A stretch of DNA of 62,390 nucleotides, filler included, from Babesia bigemina (lineage: Eukaryota), in NCBI RefSeq assembly GCF_000981445.1. It is 7 parts of 7 records of this genome, joined end to end, with 100 filler letters (N's around TTAATTAATTAA, not from the genome) between each part and the next. Parts side by side here need not be neighbours in the genome. Positions count along the whole stretch, not along the records: positions 44,395 to 62,390 come from NW_012237281.1; 6 more parts are not named here. The stretch is one strand, 5' to 3'. Every line of letters begins with the position of its first letter. Position 1 is the stretch's first letter. A program made the translations under genes and the position numbers. The notes under the pieces were generated by a model. The model made no database searches. It saw only the letters and a program-made list of their open reading frames with translations, and was not told where the DNA came from. Below, in pieces: positions 48,401 to 58,269 of the stretch.

Positions 48401-51026
48401 CGCCGGTTAATGCGTTACTAAGTTTGTCAATCGCAGATTGTAGATATCTGTTGGCAGATATGATACCCTGATCAATGTCACTTATCCGCCTTTGAATATT
48501 TCTGCAGCGATTATCCAATAAATTCAGCATTGCATCAGTTTCTTTTCGAGCGAATTCCACAGCTGCCGGTAGACTCTCCAACTCTGTTACTGTCGCAAGC
48601 GCTGTGTCAATGGCTTGTTGGATAATGCCCGTTTTTATGGTGGTGAACTCATCTTCAGTCATTCTCGTAAGTCTTTCATGAATATTAGTGACGCTTTTCC
48701 TGAGACCGTAATGCATTTTTTCGTTTTTCTTCAGCATGTCGTCTAGCTCAGTCAAAAGTATCAGGACACCTTTCTCTCCATCGTCCAAAAAGGATGCAGG
48801 ACGATTGACCAACGTGCTGAGCTTTTCGAGCTGATCTTCTATAGTTTTCAATTGTTTTCCTACTTCAGTTATATCTGCTGCGCCATTTTTGGTTGTGTCA
48901 GTTACGGCTTTCTCGCCATCGGCGGTAAAAGATGATAGTGTATCGCTAGTGATGGCTGCAATAGCTTCCTTGTACTCTCCGTGTGCACCCTTGACATTAT
49001 CACTTACACCGCGAGATGGAGAGCCGTAACCGGTCATATCAGCGGGTTTAAACTCTATTCTGCTGTCTCCTTCGTCAAAACCATCCTTATTCAAAGGTGC
49101 CTTGATTCCCTCAATCATGCCTCTTAGCATACCGTTGCGGTTACCAAATTTCATTGTTTGCACGTAATAATTGTTCATGAATTGCTCATCATATTTAATA
49201 GTGTTTTTCGGATTTTTAATGACACTTTGCAATTCATTTTCGATGTCCAGCTTGAGTTTGTTGACAAATTCGAGGCTTTCTACTTCGGGAAGTGGAAGTA
49301 TGGATGACAATTTAAGTTCACTATGAAGAGCCCTCAAAGCTTCAATTACATTCTTGGATCTGTCAGCTTGAGAAGAGGCGAAAAGTTTCTTGACCTCACC
49401 TGTCAAAGATGCATAAAGACCTGTACGAGCTAGATTATTATGACCCACCTCAAAAGCCTTCTGTGCGGCTTTTAGAATTGCAATTATTTGCGTGTCTATG
49501 TAACGATTGATCCCATCTCTAATCTTATTCCTCACATTCTCCAAATCTGTTTTCACATGCTCATCCAAAGCTGTGAGACTATTGTCCTTTCCATCCAAAG
49601 CTTCTTTCACCGCCGCAACAACCTCTATTTTAATCGTTTGCAGCCGTTCCCTGTACGCTTTTTCAATATGTTCGACAGCAGTCGTCACCTTTGCCACCAA
49701 AGCACCAACTCCCCGCCGCGCCGATTCATATGCTTTCAGAAGCCTCTCAGCTTTAGTTTTCAATGCAACTGCATTGGTCTTAATTAAAACATGTTTCCCA
49801 CTTTCTGTCTTTATGTCAACTCTCATTAGTATTTCTTTACATTTATTCATAGCATATTTCACTACGTCCGCCGCACTGGAATTCCACTTGGCCAAATCCG
49901 CAGCTTCTCTTCCAAGTTCCTTACCAACTGCCAACAACTTCGACCTGATTTCATTAATGTCTGTTCGAAGCTGCGGTTGGACGCTAGTAGAATCCACCAT
50001 CACCAACTTCTCTCTCACGTCATAGAATCTTCTATTGATTTGCTCCCTGTACGTTCCATTGAAATTCTCAGTTAATTCTTCAGCCAAGTCCAAGGCTTCA
50101 TCCATTGCATTCCTGACCTTGCCAAATTCATCATGTTTGGTCTGAGAAAGTTCATTGAAGGCTATCTCAATATCATGAAACTGACTTGTCAAATTACTAT
50201 CAAGCTTCTTGGTTTCATCATTAATGGCTTTATTCAGTATGCGTTTTTGCTCTGTCAACCCGCTGTCCACGGCCTTGGCTTCTTCCATAACATCCGGTCT
50301 GTTTGCTACATCTTGAAAAACATTCGCTGCCTGCGACACCAATTTCATGGCGCATTGAAGCTTACCTCGTAAGTGTTCATCAAGCTGTTTTACAGCGCCG
50401 TCTGCATTTGTGGCCGTTCGCAGACACCAAGCAGCTCTGGAAGATACAGCTTTTAACTGACTTTCGAGATTATATTTTTTATTATCTTCGATTTCACGTT
50501 TATAGCGCACAATATCAGTCTGTGATAGCGTTTTTAAAATAATGCTGACTCCCTCAGTTCTTGCCGTCATCCCCTCCTCATACCCCTGCAGCCCGCTCTT
50601 AACCTTCCCAACGGCCTTCGCAAATCCCGAAACGCCACGTCCCTTGCCTATCGAGGCTTTCAAATCATTAATAGTCTGTGTAATATTAGGATTGTAATGT
50701 TCTAACAAGCCTTTACTTCCTTCCAGGCAGCTAAGCAAAAACGCCATCACCCCGTCGCACAGCCTGTCAAGGTCAGAGTACACAATGCCCTGGCCGTCGT
50801 AGCCTTTGGAGTCAGAGTTGAAGCCGAGGAAAGTCTGAAGGCCGTCACAAAGGTTATTAAGGATGTTAGTAGGGTTGTTATTTGAGGTATTTTTAGGGTT
50901 CAAAATTTTGCCAAATTTCTTGTCAAGCTCCCTAGGCGGCACATGGTCAGGGCAGTGGCAGGAAGTGGAAGGAAGGAAGAGAAGGGTGACAAGGCACAAG
51001 TTATTAGAATGATTTATAGAGGTCAT
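45486..51026 (-). CDS. ves/VESA-related gene F; complete ORF from the cassette-leader ATG, but lacking the canonical ~160-aa N-terminal region
   Basis: An 1846-aa ORF, MTSINHSNNLCLVTLLFLPSTSCHCPDHVPPRELDKKF..., with all family motifs, TM segment and YLQP* end. Confidence 0.8.
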   Translation of the reverse strand: MTSINHSNNLCLVTLLFLPSTSCHCPDHVPPRELDKKFGKILNPKNTSNNNPTNILNNLCDGLQTFLGFNSDSKGYDGQGIVYSDLDRLCDGVMAFLLSCLEGSKGLLEHYNPNITQTINDLKASIGKGRGVSGFAKAVGKVKSGLQGYEEGMTARTEGVSIILKTLSQTDIVRYKREIEDNKKYNLESQLKAVSSRAAWCLRTATNADGAVKQLDEHLRGKLQCAMKLVSQAANVFQDVANRPDVMEEAKAVDSGLTEQKRILNKAINDETKKLDSNLTSQFHDIEIAFNELSQTKHDEFGKVRNAMDEALDLAEELTENFNGTYREQINRRFYDVREKLVMVDSTSVQPQLRTDINEIRSKLLAVGKELGREAADLAKWNSSAADVVKYAMNKCKEILMRVDIKTESGKHVLIKTNAVALKTKAERLLKAYESARRGVGALVAKVTTAVEHIEKAYRERLQTIKIEVVAAVKEALDGKDNSLTALDEHVKTDLENVRNKIRDGINRYIDTQIIAILKAAQKAFEVGHNNLARTGLYASLTGEVKKLFASSQADRSKNVIEALRALHSELKLSSILPLPEVESLEFVNKLKLDIENELQSVIKNPKNTIKYDEQFMNNYYVQTMKFGNRNGMLRGMIEGIKAPLNKDGFDEGDSRIEFKPADMTGYGSPSRGVSDNVKGAHGEYKEAIAAITSDTLSSFTADGEKAVTDTTKNGAADITEVGKQLKTIEDQLEKLSTLVNRPASFLDDGEKGVLILLTELDDMLKKNEKMHYGLRKSVTNIHERLTRMTEDEFTTIKTGIIQQAIDTALATVTELESLPAAVEFARKETDAMLNLLDNRCRNIQRRISDIDQGIISANRYLQSAIDKLSNALTGAKQASKAAVENLRIFALSAVKNAFSALTSQVQSLFAKQKQAELTALETVVTTQLAEIERVIEEDRGSGVKGFLTILKDGITNRLKGSTPVELSNGMKLYDLGTKVLNFFEGVFEYVDEEIRPRSAQTLRQNPGTQVQDPYATRVDTIRSKVVKLLAELKTFNHNFEVNSQSLINAVKQLSADTFGEGNHPTLLNIIKDGMTYFCRELQYAYINAYDGNNPIVWEKTPPHPAAQGDPTNEAMNCARIALTIIPMLLSEFEELLTNTNVTGDHYNLSINLHNNNGLGDFLKTAGYDVPTSAEISDAELKNKENFCGVHIHDRLMNNIKGKLINTTKTPPTAMSSGGVHIVVEHEEEDGLLQKLHGHLVLYFNVCHFTHIAKPRTPSSVYEMLAWCSGLQFNAVYEPLCQYFKELFKKPEDLENEPYKNIDFSRLSLAGTTTIQPAHLTTALRDVCAESYALLITILGNGHIGGKYGCEFSNNSFNLQYPAAPAQCFDMLVDVLNRLYEQLYFLFRQCRNATELSGWYDCHYGRYVGGSDWRCNDKQCLNQTCDQKCKQTRDQIHDQKGDQHPNCGLKSPLQSFLEDGLPGFLPHSFTKPGCKWECTVSNHRGIPCKTPMGFADISNAASHTQRGAYLMDVLSSFCGNKDSCLTKLCGYFVCLLQQPPQTLGDIFAFFHGYFTNWEGGFYKRKGGENRTQVSFNDAVKEAYFGHEYGFNPSIMFGKMDHENHTNGNLCSISTCKSESVKTCGLYLKPLTSNNFSIYSSEHKANHLSWIVYITETFYDLLKKLYDDCCKKCGSSGTKCHDKSCVEQCSVDYTRDTTVGKSLNVHHHRKCKSIVNCRDANPTLYRYGLSFGNTWALSGAGNTNMTKRTCKDFCEALKLMLGEKSVLITLRGQIDNFLWAIRFNFSITVLTLWLLSLLYLLHIMVIRLDLLHIKSHLHSPSSHRIAAQSLLAAARVNKLGRVFYLQP

Positions 51027-51052
51027 AGCGGTATTATGGCGAAGTGATTTGA

Positions 51053-52247
51053 AGGATGTAGAGTGGGTAAAGGGGCGATGTAGAGTGGATTAGGGAGCGA
51101 TGTGGAGTGGGTTAGGGAGCGATGTAGAGTGGATTAGGGAGCGATGTAGAGTGGATAAGGAGCGATGTAGAGTGGATAAAGGAGCGATGTAGAGTGGATA
51201 AAGGAGCGATGTAGAGTGGCTAAAGGGGCGATGTAGAGTGGGTTAGGGAGCGATGTAGAGTGGATAAGGGGCGATGTAGAGTGGGTAAAGGGGCGATGTA
51301 GAGTGGGTTAGGGAGCGATGTAGAGTGGATAAGGGGCGATGTAGAGTGGGTAAAGGGGCGATGTAGAGTGGATAAAGGGGCGATGTAGAGTGAGTTAGGG
51401 AGCGATGTGGAGTGGGTTAGGGAGCGATGTAGAGTGGGTAAAGGGGCGATGTGGAGTGGATAAGGGGCGATGTAGAGTGGGTTAGGGAGCGATGTAGAGT
51501 TGGTTAAGGAGCGATGTAAGGTGGATAAAGGGGCGGTGTAGAGTGGGTAAAGAGGCGATGTGGAGTGGGTTAAGGGGCGATGTGGAGTGGATAAAGGGGC
51601 GATGTGGAGTGGATAAAGGAGCGATGTGGAGTGGGTTAAGGGGCGATGTAGATTGGATAAAGGGGCGATGTAGAGTGGATAAAGGGAGCGATGTGGAGTG
51701 GATAAAGGGGCGATGTAGAGTGGGTAAGGGAGCGGTGTAGAGTGGGTAAGGGGCGATGTAGAGTGGGTTAAGGGGCGGTGTGGAGTGGGTTAGGGAGCGA
51801 TGTAGAGTGGGTTAGGGAGCGATGTAGAGTGGTTTAGGGAGCGATGTGGAGTTGATTCGAGGGATGTAGAGTGGGTTAGGGAGCGATGTAGAGTGGGTAA
51901 GGGAGCGATGTAGAGTGGGTAAAGGGGCGATGTAGAGTGGATAAAGGTGCGATGTAGAGTGGGTTAGGGAGCGATGTAGAGTGGGTAAAGGGGCGATGTA
52001 GAGTGGAAAAAGGGGCGATGTAGAGTGGAAAAAGGGGCGATGTAGAGTGGGTTAAGGGGCGATGTAGAGTGGGTTAAGGGGCGATGTAGAGTGGGTTAAG
52101 GGGCGATGTAGAGTGGGTTAAGGGGCGATGTGGAGTGGATTAGGGAGCGATGTAGAGTGGGTAAAGGGGCGATGTGGAGTGGGTAAGGGGCGATGTAGAG
52201 TGGGTTAGGGAGCGATGTAGAGTGGATAAGGGGCGATGTGGAGTGGG
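51053..52247 (-). repeat. Complete 22-bp array (about 54 units) between cassettes G and F
   Basis: Bounded by the leader (51052) and the junction 15-mer (52248-52262). Confidence 0.97.
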
Positions 52248-52264
52248 TAATAATCACCACTTTG

Positions 52265-52611
52265 GTCACCATGTCATCGCTGCCGTGTTGATGTCATCGC
52301 TGCCGTGTTGATGTCATCGCTGCCGTGTTGATGTCATCGCTGCCGTGTCCATCTCATCGCTGCCGTGTCCATGTCCTCGCTGCCGTGACCGTGTCATCGC
52401 TGCCGTGACCATGTCATCGCTGCCGTGACCATGTCATCGCTGCCGTAACCATGTCATCGCTGCCGTGACCATGTCATCGCTGCCGTGTCCATGTCATCGC
52501 TGCCGTGACCATGTCATCGCTGCCTCAACCATGTCATCGCTGCCGTGACCATGTCATCGCTGCCGTGACCAGTCATCGCTGCCGTAACCATGTCATCGCT
52601 GCCGTGACCAT
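52265..52611 (-). repeat. 20-bp array (about 17 units)
   Basis: Read directly. Confidence 0.95.
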
Positions 52612-52614
52612 CAA

Positions 52615-52760
52615 CTTGGTCAGCACGTTGGTCAACACGTTGGTCAACACTTTGGTCAGCACATTGGTCATGGCATTGGTCAACACGTTGGTCAGCACTT
52701 TGGTCAGCACATTGGTCAACACGTTGGTCAGCACTTTGGTCAGCATCTTGGTCACCACAT
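52615..52760 (-). repeat. 12-bp array (about 12 units)
   Basis: Read directly. Confidence 0.92.
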
Positions 52761-52883
52761 CAGTTAACTACTACACCATCACATACAACGATTAATGAGT
52801 GATTCAAAACATTAGAAAACAATTAGTTGTATAGGTGAGTAGGTGATGCTAGGTGAGTGTAGACAGTAAACACGTGAGTACGA

Positions 52884-55800
52884 TTATGGTTGCAGATAAA
52901 ACACTTTGCTGAGCTTGCCAACGCGTGCAGCGGCGAGCAGTGATTGAGCAGCGATGCGATGTGATGAGGGACTATGTAAATGCGATTTGATGTGGAGCAG
53001 GTCGAGGCGGATGACCATGATGTGGATGAGGTAGAGGAAGGAGAGGAGCCAGAGAGCGACGTTCATCCACAGGAACGGTGCGCGGATGGTGAATAGGAAG
53101 TTAGGGATTGTGACGTAGATTAGTTTAGCGAGAGGTGCGTCATGTGCTTCGACATCGCTTATTACTCTGCCCAATGCTGTGCAGAAGTCTTCACAAGTAC
53201 GCTTATACATTTTGTCTTTCTGACCGCTTAGAGCATGTGGACTACCAAATGTGAAACCTGAAGCATATATAAGCGCATGAGTACTGCGGCACTGTACGAT
53301 GGAATTGCACGTAGTTCTATGTTTGATATTACTTAAGGCGTCCGGTATCTCTCGGTCGACGGGTTTCTTATATTCATATTTGAATCTCACTTGACAATCT
53401 TTGTTACAGCCCTTGTCGTAGCATCGACGCCCCTTCTTGTTGCACTTGTTACAACAATCATCATACAGCTTTTTGAGTAGGTCATAGAAGGTTTCGGTGA
53501 TATACACAAACCATGATACATAGTCACCGGCGTGCTTCTTAGAGAAGACCATCGTGATGTCGTCACTGATGGATTGTAAGTATGGTCCGCACGGTAGGCC
53601 TGGATTTGTGCCATTATCACAAGACGTAAGGCTGAACATATCACCCTTAAGTTTAGGCAGTTTGCCGGGCGCATGACTGTCGTGCTTCTTGGTGTTCTGC
53701 AAATGTATGACGTCCAACGTTGTGTCCATATCTCCGAAGTTGGCGTCGCTGACGGCTGCCTCAAACGCATTCTTCTTATGTACCTGACCGGCTTTATCCC
53801 AGTTGTACAGGAATTGATGGTAAAACGCGAACATGTCACCCAGCGTCTGCGGAGTCCGGCGCATTAGGCAGTTGAGCATACCACACAGCTGACTGAGTGG
53901 CTTATTGGAATCGCCGCACAGCTCTTTGAGAATGTCTTTGAGATGAGAACCTTGCTGGGTATGCGACGCCATGCTTGAAATATCAGCGAATCCCATTGGC
54001 GTTTTGCACGGGATACCTCTATGTTTAGTGACAGTGCATTCTAGTTTACAACCTGGCTTTGTAAATTGGTGAGGGAGGAAACCTTGCAAGCCATCCTCGA
54101 GGAATGATTGCAAAGGCGATTTAAGGCCACAGGTAGGATGCCTATCACACTTTTGTTCAGCACCTTGGTCAGCCTTTTGGTTGGCCATTTGCTTGCATGG
54201 TTGATCACCGATTTGGTTAGGGCACTGCTTGGTATTGCAGCTCCACGCCGATCCACCAATTTCCTTGCCGTACCAGCAGTCTGCCCATCCGCTACTACCG
54301 GGGCCGTTGATGCACTGACCGTATACGAAGCGCAATTGGTGGAACAAACGATTCAAGATATCAGCTAGCATGTCCAAGCACGCCCCGTTGTCACTCGGGT
54401 AATGTAGCCCATAATGGTTGGTATTGTAGTCGCAAGCGTAGACACTGTTTTCGTGACCATGACCAAGGATAGCGGTGAGCACGGAGTGAGCGTGGGTGCA
54501 GACAGCGGAAAGATCATCTGCCATTTCCGAAGCCTTGACAGGTTTGGGGTATGCGTCCAAACAGTTCTCGTCACCGACTTGAACGGGTAGACTGATTCCA
54601 TCACTTCCATCCGTGATTTCCAGCGTAATCACACCCGTATCACTCTCCTTGGTTTTGTCCTTTGGTTTCTCAAACAGGTCATCAAACCCGTTGAGGTGGA
54701 AATCTTGGTAGCGAGGGGAGTAAGGAAAGCCGGCCAGCCATACCAGCATCTTGTGCACGGATGACGGTTGCGTTTTGGCGGAGGTAGTGCCAAGATGACA
54801 AGCACGATAATATTGATGGAGATGTTTCATGAGACATTCAAGTACGTCAGATAGGTTAAATGCGTTTTTAGTTGTTTTCTTCGTTAACTCTTCCTTCTCA
54901 TCACCCTCGTAACACCTTTTGAGATGGCCGTTGCTGTTTGCGCCATTAATCGGTACATTGAGCAAATCATCAAAAATCTTTTGACCGGTCTTGTTCTTAT
55001 CTAGGTCGCCGTTTTGCTTTTGGGGATCATCGGTGAGGCGGTAGTCACATTGCTGGAGGAAGGCACCAAGTCCATTGACAACTTGTTCCGGCTTTACTCC
55101 CGATTTGTACGCAACACCGTTTCTGTTGACCGTCTTCAGATTGATTTTATAGTAAGCCCATCCACCGCCTTCTTTACACCTTTTCGTCAACTCGCTCAAG
55201 TCATGTTCCAATATTTCAAATACGGTAAATAACACTTTCGCGCAAGCTTTTCCTTCATCCGTCACCTTTTGTGATTTTGCGTTATATAATAATATATCTT
55301 CGTGCCCGTCATACTTGTTCACGTATGCCTTTCCTAGTTCCCATGAGAAATCAGTAAGACCCGCACGTAAGGCATCAAGTAGTTCTGGGTGACGAGGATT
55401 GTTGTTTTGAGTATGGGTCAGATGAGACAAGGAAGCGTGAAGATTAGTGAGTTTTGTTTTGAAAGTATAGTCGAAGGTGTAAGTTCTAGGTGCCTTAACT
55501 TCTGTCTTTAGATAAACAAGCATATCGTCCACCGCGCTTTTAATGTCGTCGACCTGCTTGGACTGATCGTTGGGCTTATTTGCACCTATAAGCTGATACG
55601 TTATAAACATTAATATATTATCCAAATATATTTGCAATTTATCGAAAAGAGAACTCATATGCTGCACGGTATGCTGATTTTCAGGTGGCAAGTTCTCTTT
55701 AATTTCCTCCAAAGTACTTTGCGCATTGCCTTTCAACCTATTCATTAATTCTTTTAACCCTGTCTTCATGTCTGATTGAATAATTTTATCGATAACATTT

Positions 55801-58243
55801 TTCTGCTCAAGAGCCAATTTTTTAAGAGCATCTAGACCTGCAATTTTGGAGGTAGCAAACGATAGCCTAACCTGTTTGGTGACATCGTTGAAGCCGTCAC
55901 GTGTATTTTGAGTCAACTTTGTCTGCAGTTCTAATATGGCTTGTGTGATGTGCTCGTAGGCTTTATCCAACGCTTGCTTAAGGAGGTTTATCGTGTGCGT
56001 TACAGCGTCATTAGCTTGATAGGCGGCTTGGCTTATTGCTTTCAGTTTTTTTTGCATTGCTTCTTTCAACTCATCCAATTTAGCTGCTGCCGTGTCCTTT
56101 TGCTTATTTATTTCGCCGTCTTCCTTGTTCAATTCGTCTTTCTCTTTCTTAAGATTATGAAGTGATTCAATGTCACCTTTGATATATTCAATCGTACTAT
56201 CGATTTCACCGCTCGATTTTGTTAACAATTTGTCAAGCTCTGTGATTTTGTCATCGACAGTTGCCAACGCCGATCCGATCTTTTCTCCGCGGCTCTGCTT
56301 ACTGTTGTCAAACTCCTTGCCAATAAGTTCGACTTTATTTATAGCTTCACTGACGTGTTTGCCGAGATTGTATTCATGATTGTCATCGTCACTTAACATC
56401 TGAGCATCAATGCCCGTGAACGACGTAAGTTCGTCGCTAACGTGTTCCGCCTTGGATTGCAGAGCAGTTAGAATAGCAAGTAGCGCATCAGGGAGATGTG
56501 ATTTGTATGCGGAGGGATTTTTGGATAGGGCTCCTTCCGAAATCAGTCTCCTCTCAATTTCCTTCACTAAGGGATCGGCAAATTTCTCGAATACGCCACC
56601 TGTTAATTTCATCTTCTGCCCAAGCGGCGCGACAAATGTTTCTATAACACTTTTGACAGCGGAGATATTTGCAGAGATGTAATCGGCCTCTGATTGTTCT
56701 TGCTTCGTGTCTTTAAACGCTTCAACGGCGACTTCAATGACATCGCGCTTAATTGCATTAGTTATAGCAGCAGCGATGATTTTCGTAAGTTTTGTATACT
56801 TTTCACCTTGACTCGGGTTGTCGTTGTAGTTCTTGTCTAAATAATTCTGAATCCAGCCCATAACGACTTCATTCCCATTCAATATGTCATCAATCCACTT
56901 CTCAACTTTCTTACCAAACTTTGTTGCGTCGCTAAACGTTCCCGCATACGCCCCTACATTAGTGACCATTTCGCCCAGATGACCATTTTTCGTGCGATTT
57001 TCATCTACATCATACAGCTCCTTAACGCGTTGTTTTATGTTCTTCATGAGTTGGCCCCAATTTCCGTTTATAGTTTCTTCGCTACCGTCTCCCAGTTTTC
57101 CCGCTTGTTCCTTTATACCCGTAAAGTTGTCCCTTGCCTGATTGACTAAATGGTGAAGCACCAATCTGTTTGTCGATATATTTTTATGGAGCGACTTCAC
57201 TGAATCTTTTATATCTTCAAACCTGGCTAGAATTTTGTTTTTATATTTGTTATCGAAGTCTCTACCGTTGTAACCAAGCAACTCTCGAGAAGCAATTTTC
57301 AAAGCATTGTCTAGATGCTTAAACACATCGTTTCTGGCATTTTCTAAAGTTAAAATGTTTTCTCTCACTTTCCACAACTCATCTTCTGATGTTATTTTAA
57401 GCGCCTTGTATTGTTTTTCAATTGCCGTTAATATTGCTTGCTCCTTCTCTACCAGTGCCTCATCTAACATCTTGGCCTGCATCGCGATGACATCATTTCC
57501 TGCCGATTTTTTCAGAACTTCAATCGCACCATCCATTTTTCCAATTGCTCCATCCATCTTGTTTTTTAATGCTTCATCGAGCCCGTTGTAACCATCATTA
57601 TTGTTTTTGATCGTCGACATGTGATGAGTAATCTGCTTCACTATATCATTGAATGTTTTGTGAATGGCTTCGCAACCACTGGATTGAGCATTATTTATGT
57701 CGGTGGTTTTGTCGTTTATTTTTTCTATTATTAACTCATTTATGTTTTTAATTACATTATTAGTTTTCTCACTCAATTCACCGTCATACCCCTCCAACCA
57801 CTCCCTCACCTCCGCGACAGCATCCGCAAGCCCAGTACGCCCGGAGCCAATTTTATTATTTAGAGTGTTAAGTACATTTTCAAGTCTCATAGCAAGATGT
57901 TGATCGTACGTTTTAACCGCATCATCATCTTTCACCGCACCAAGCACACCACTCAAAAATCCCATCACCCCGTCACACAGCCTATCCAGGTCTGAGTACA
58001 CAATCCCAGAGCCATCGTAGCCTTTGGAAGCAGAGTTGAAGCCGAGGAATTTTTCGAGGCCAGTGCAGAGGTTATTAAGGAGGTTAGTAGGGTTGTTATT
58101 TGAGGTATTTTTAAGGTTTAAAATTTTGTCAAATTTCTTGTCAAGCTCCCTAGGCGGCACATGGTCAGGGCAGTGGCAAGAGGTGGAAGAGGGAAGGGAA
58201 GGGTGACAAAGCACAAGTTATTGTGATGGTTAATAGAGGTCAT
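52884..58243 (-). pseudogene. ves/VESA-related gene G; leader ATG (58243) put out of frame by a 1-nt shorter pyrimidine tract; body intact
   Basis: A 1776-codon open frame (52884..58214, GTG start) with all family motifs. The leader ATG is 29 nt upstream, so it is out of frame. Confidence 0.78.
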
Positions 58244-58269
58244 AGCGGTAATATGGCGAGGTAATTCGA

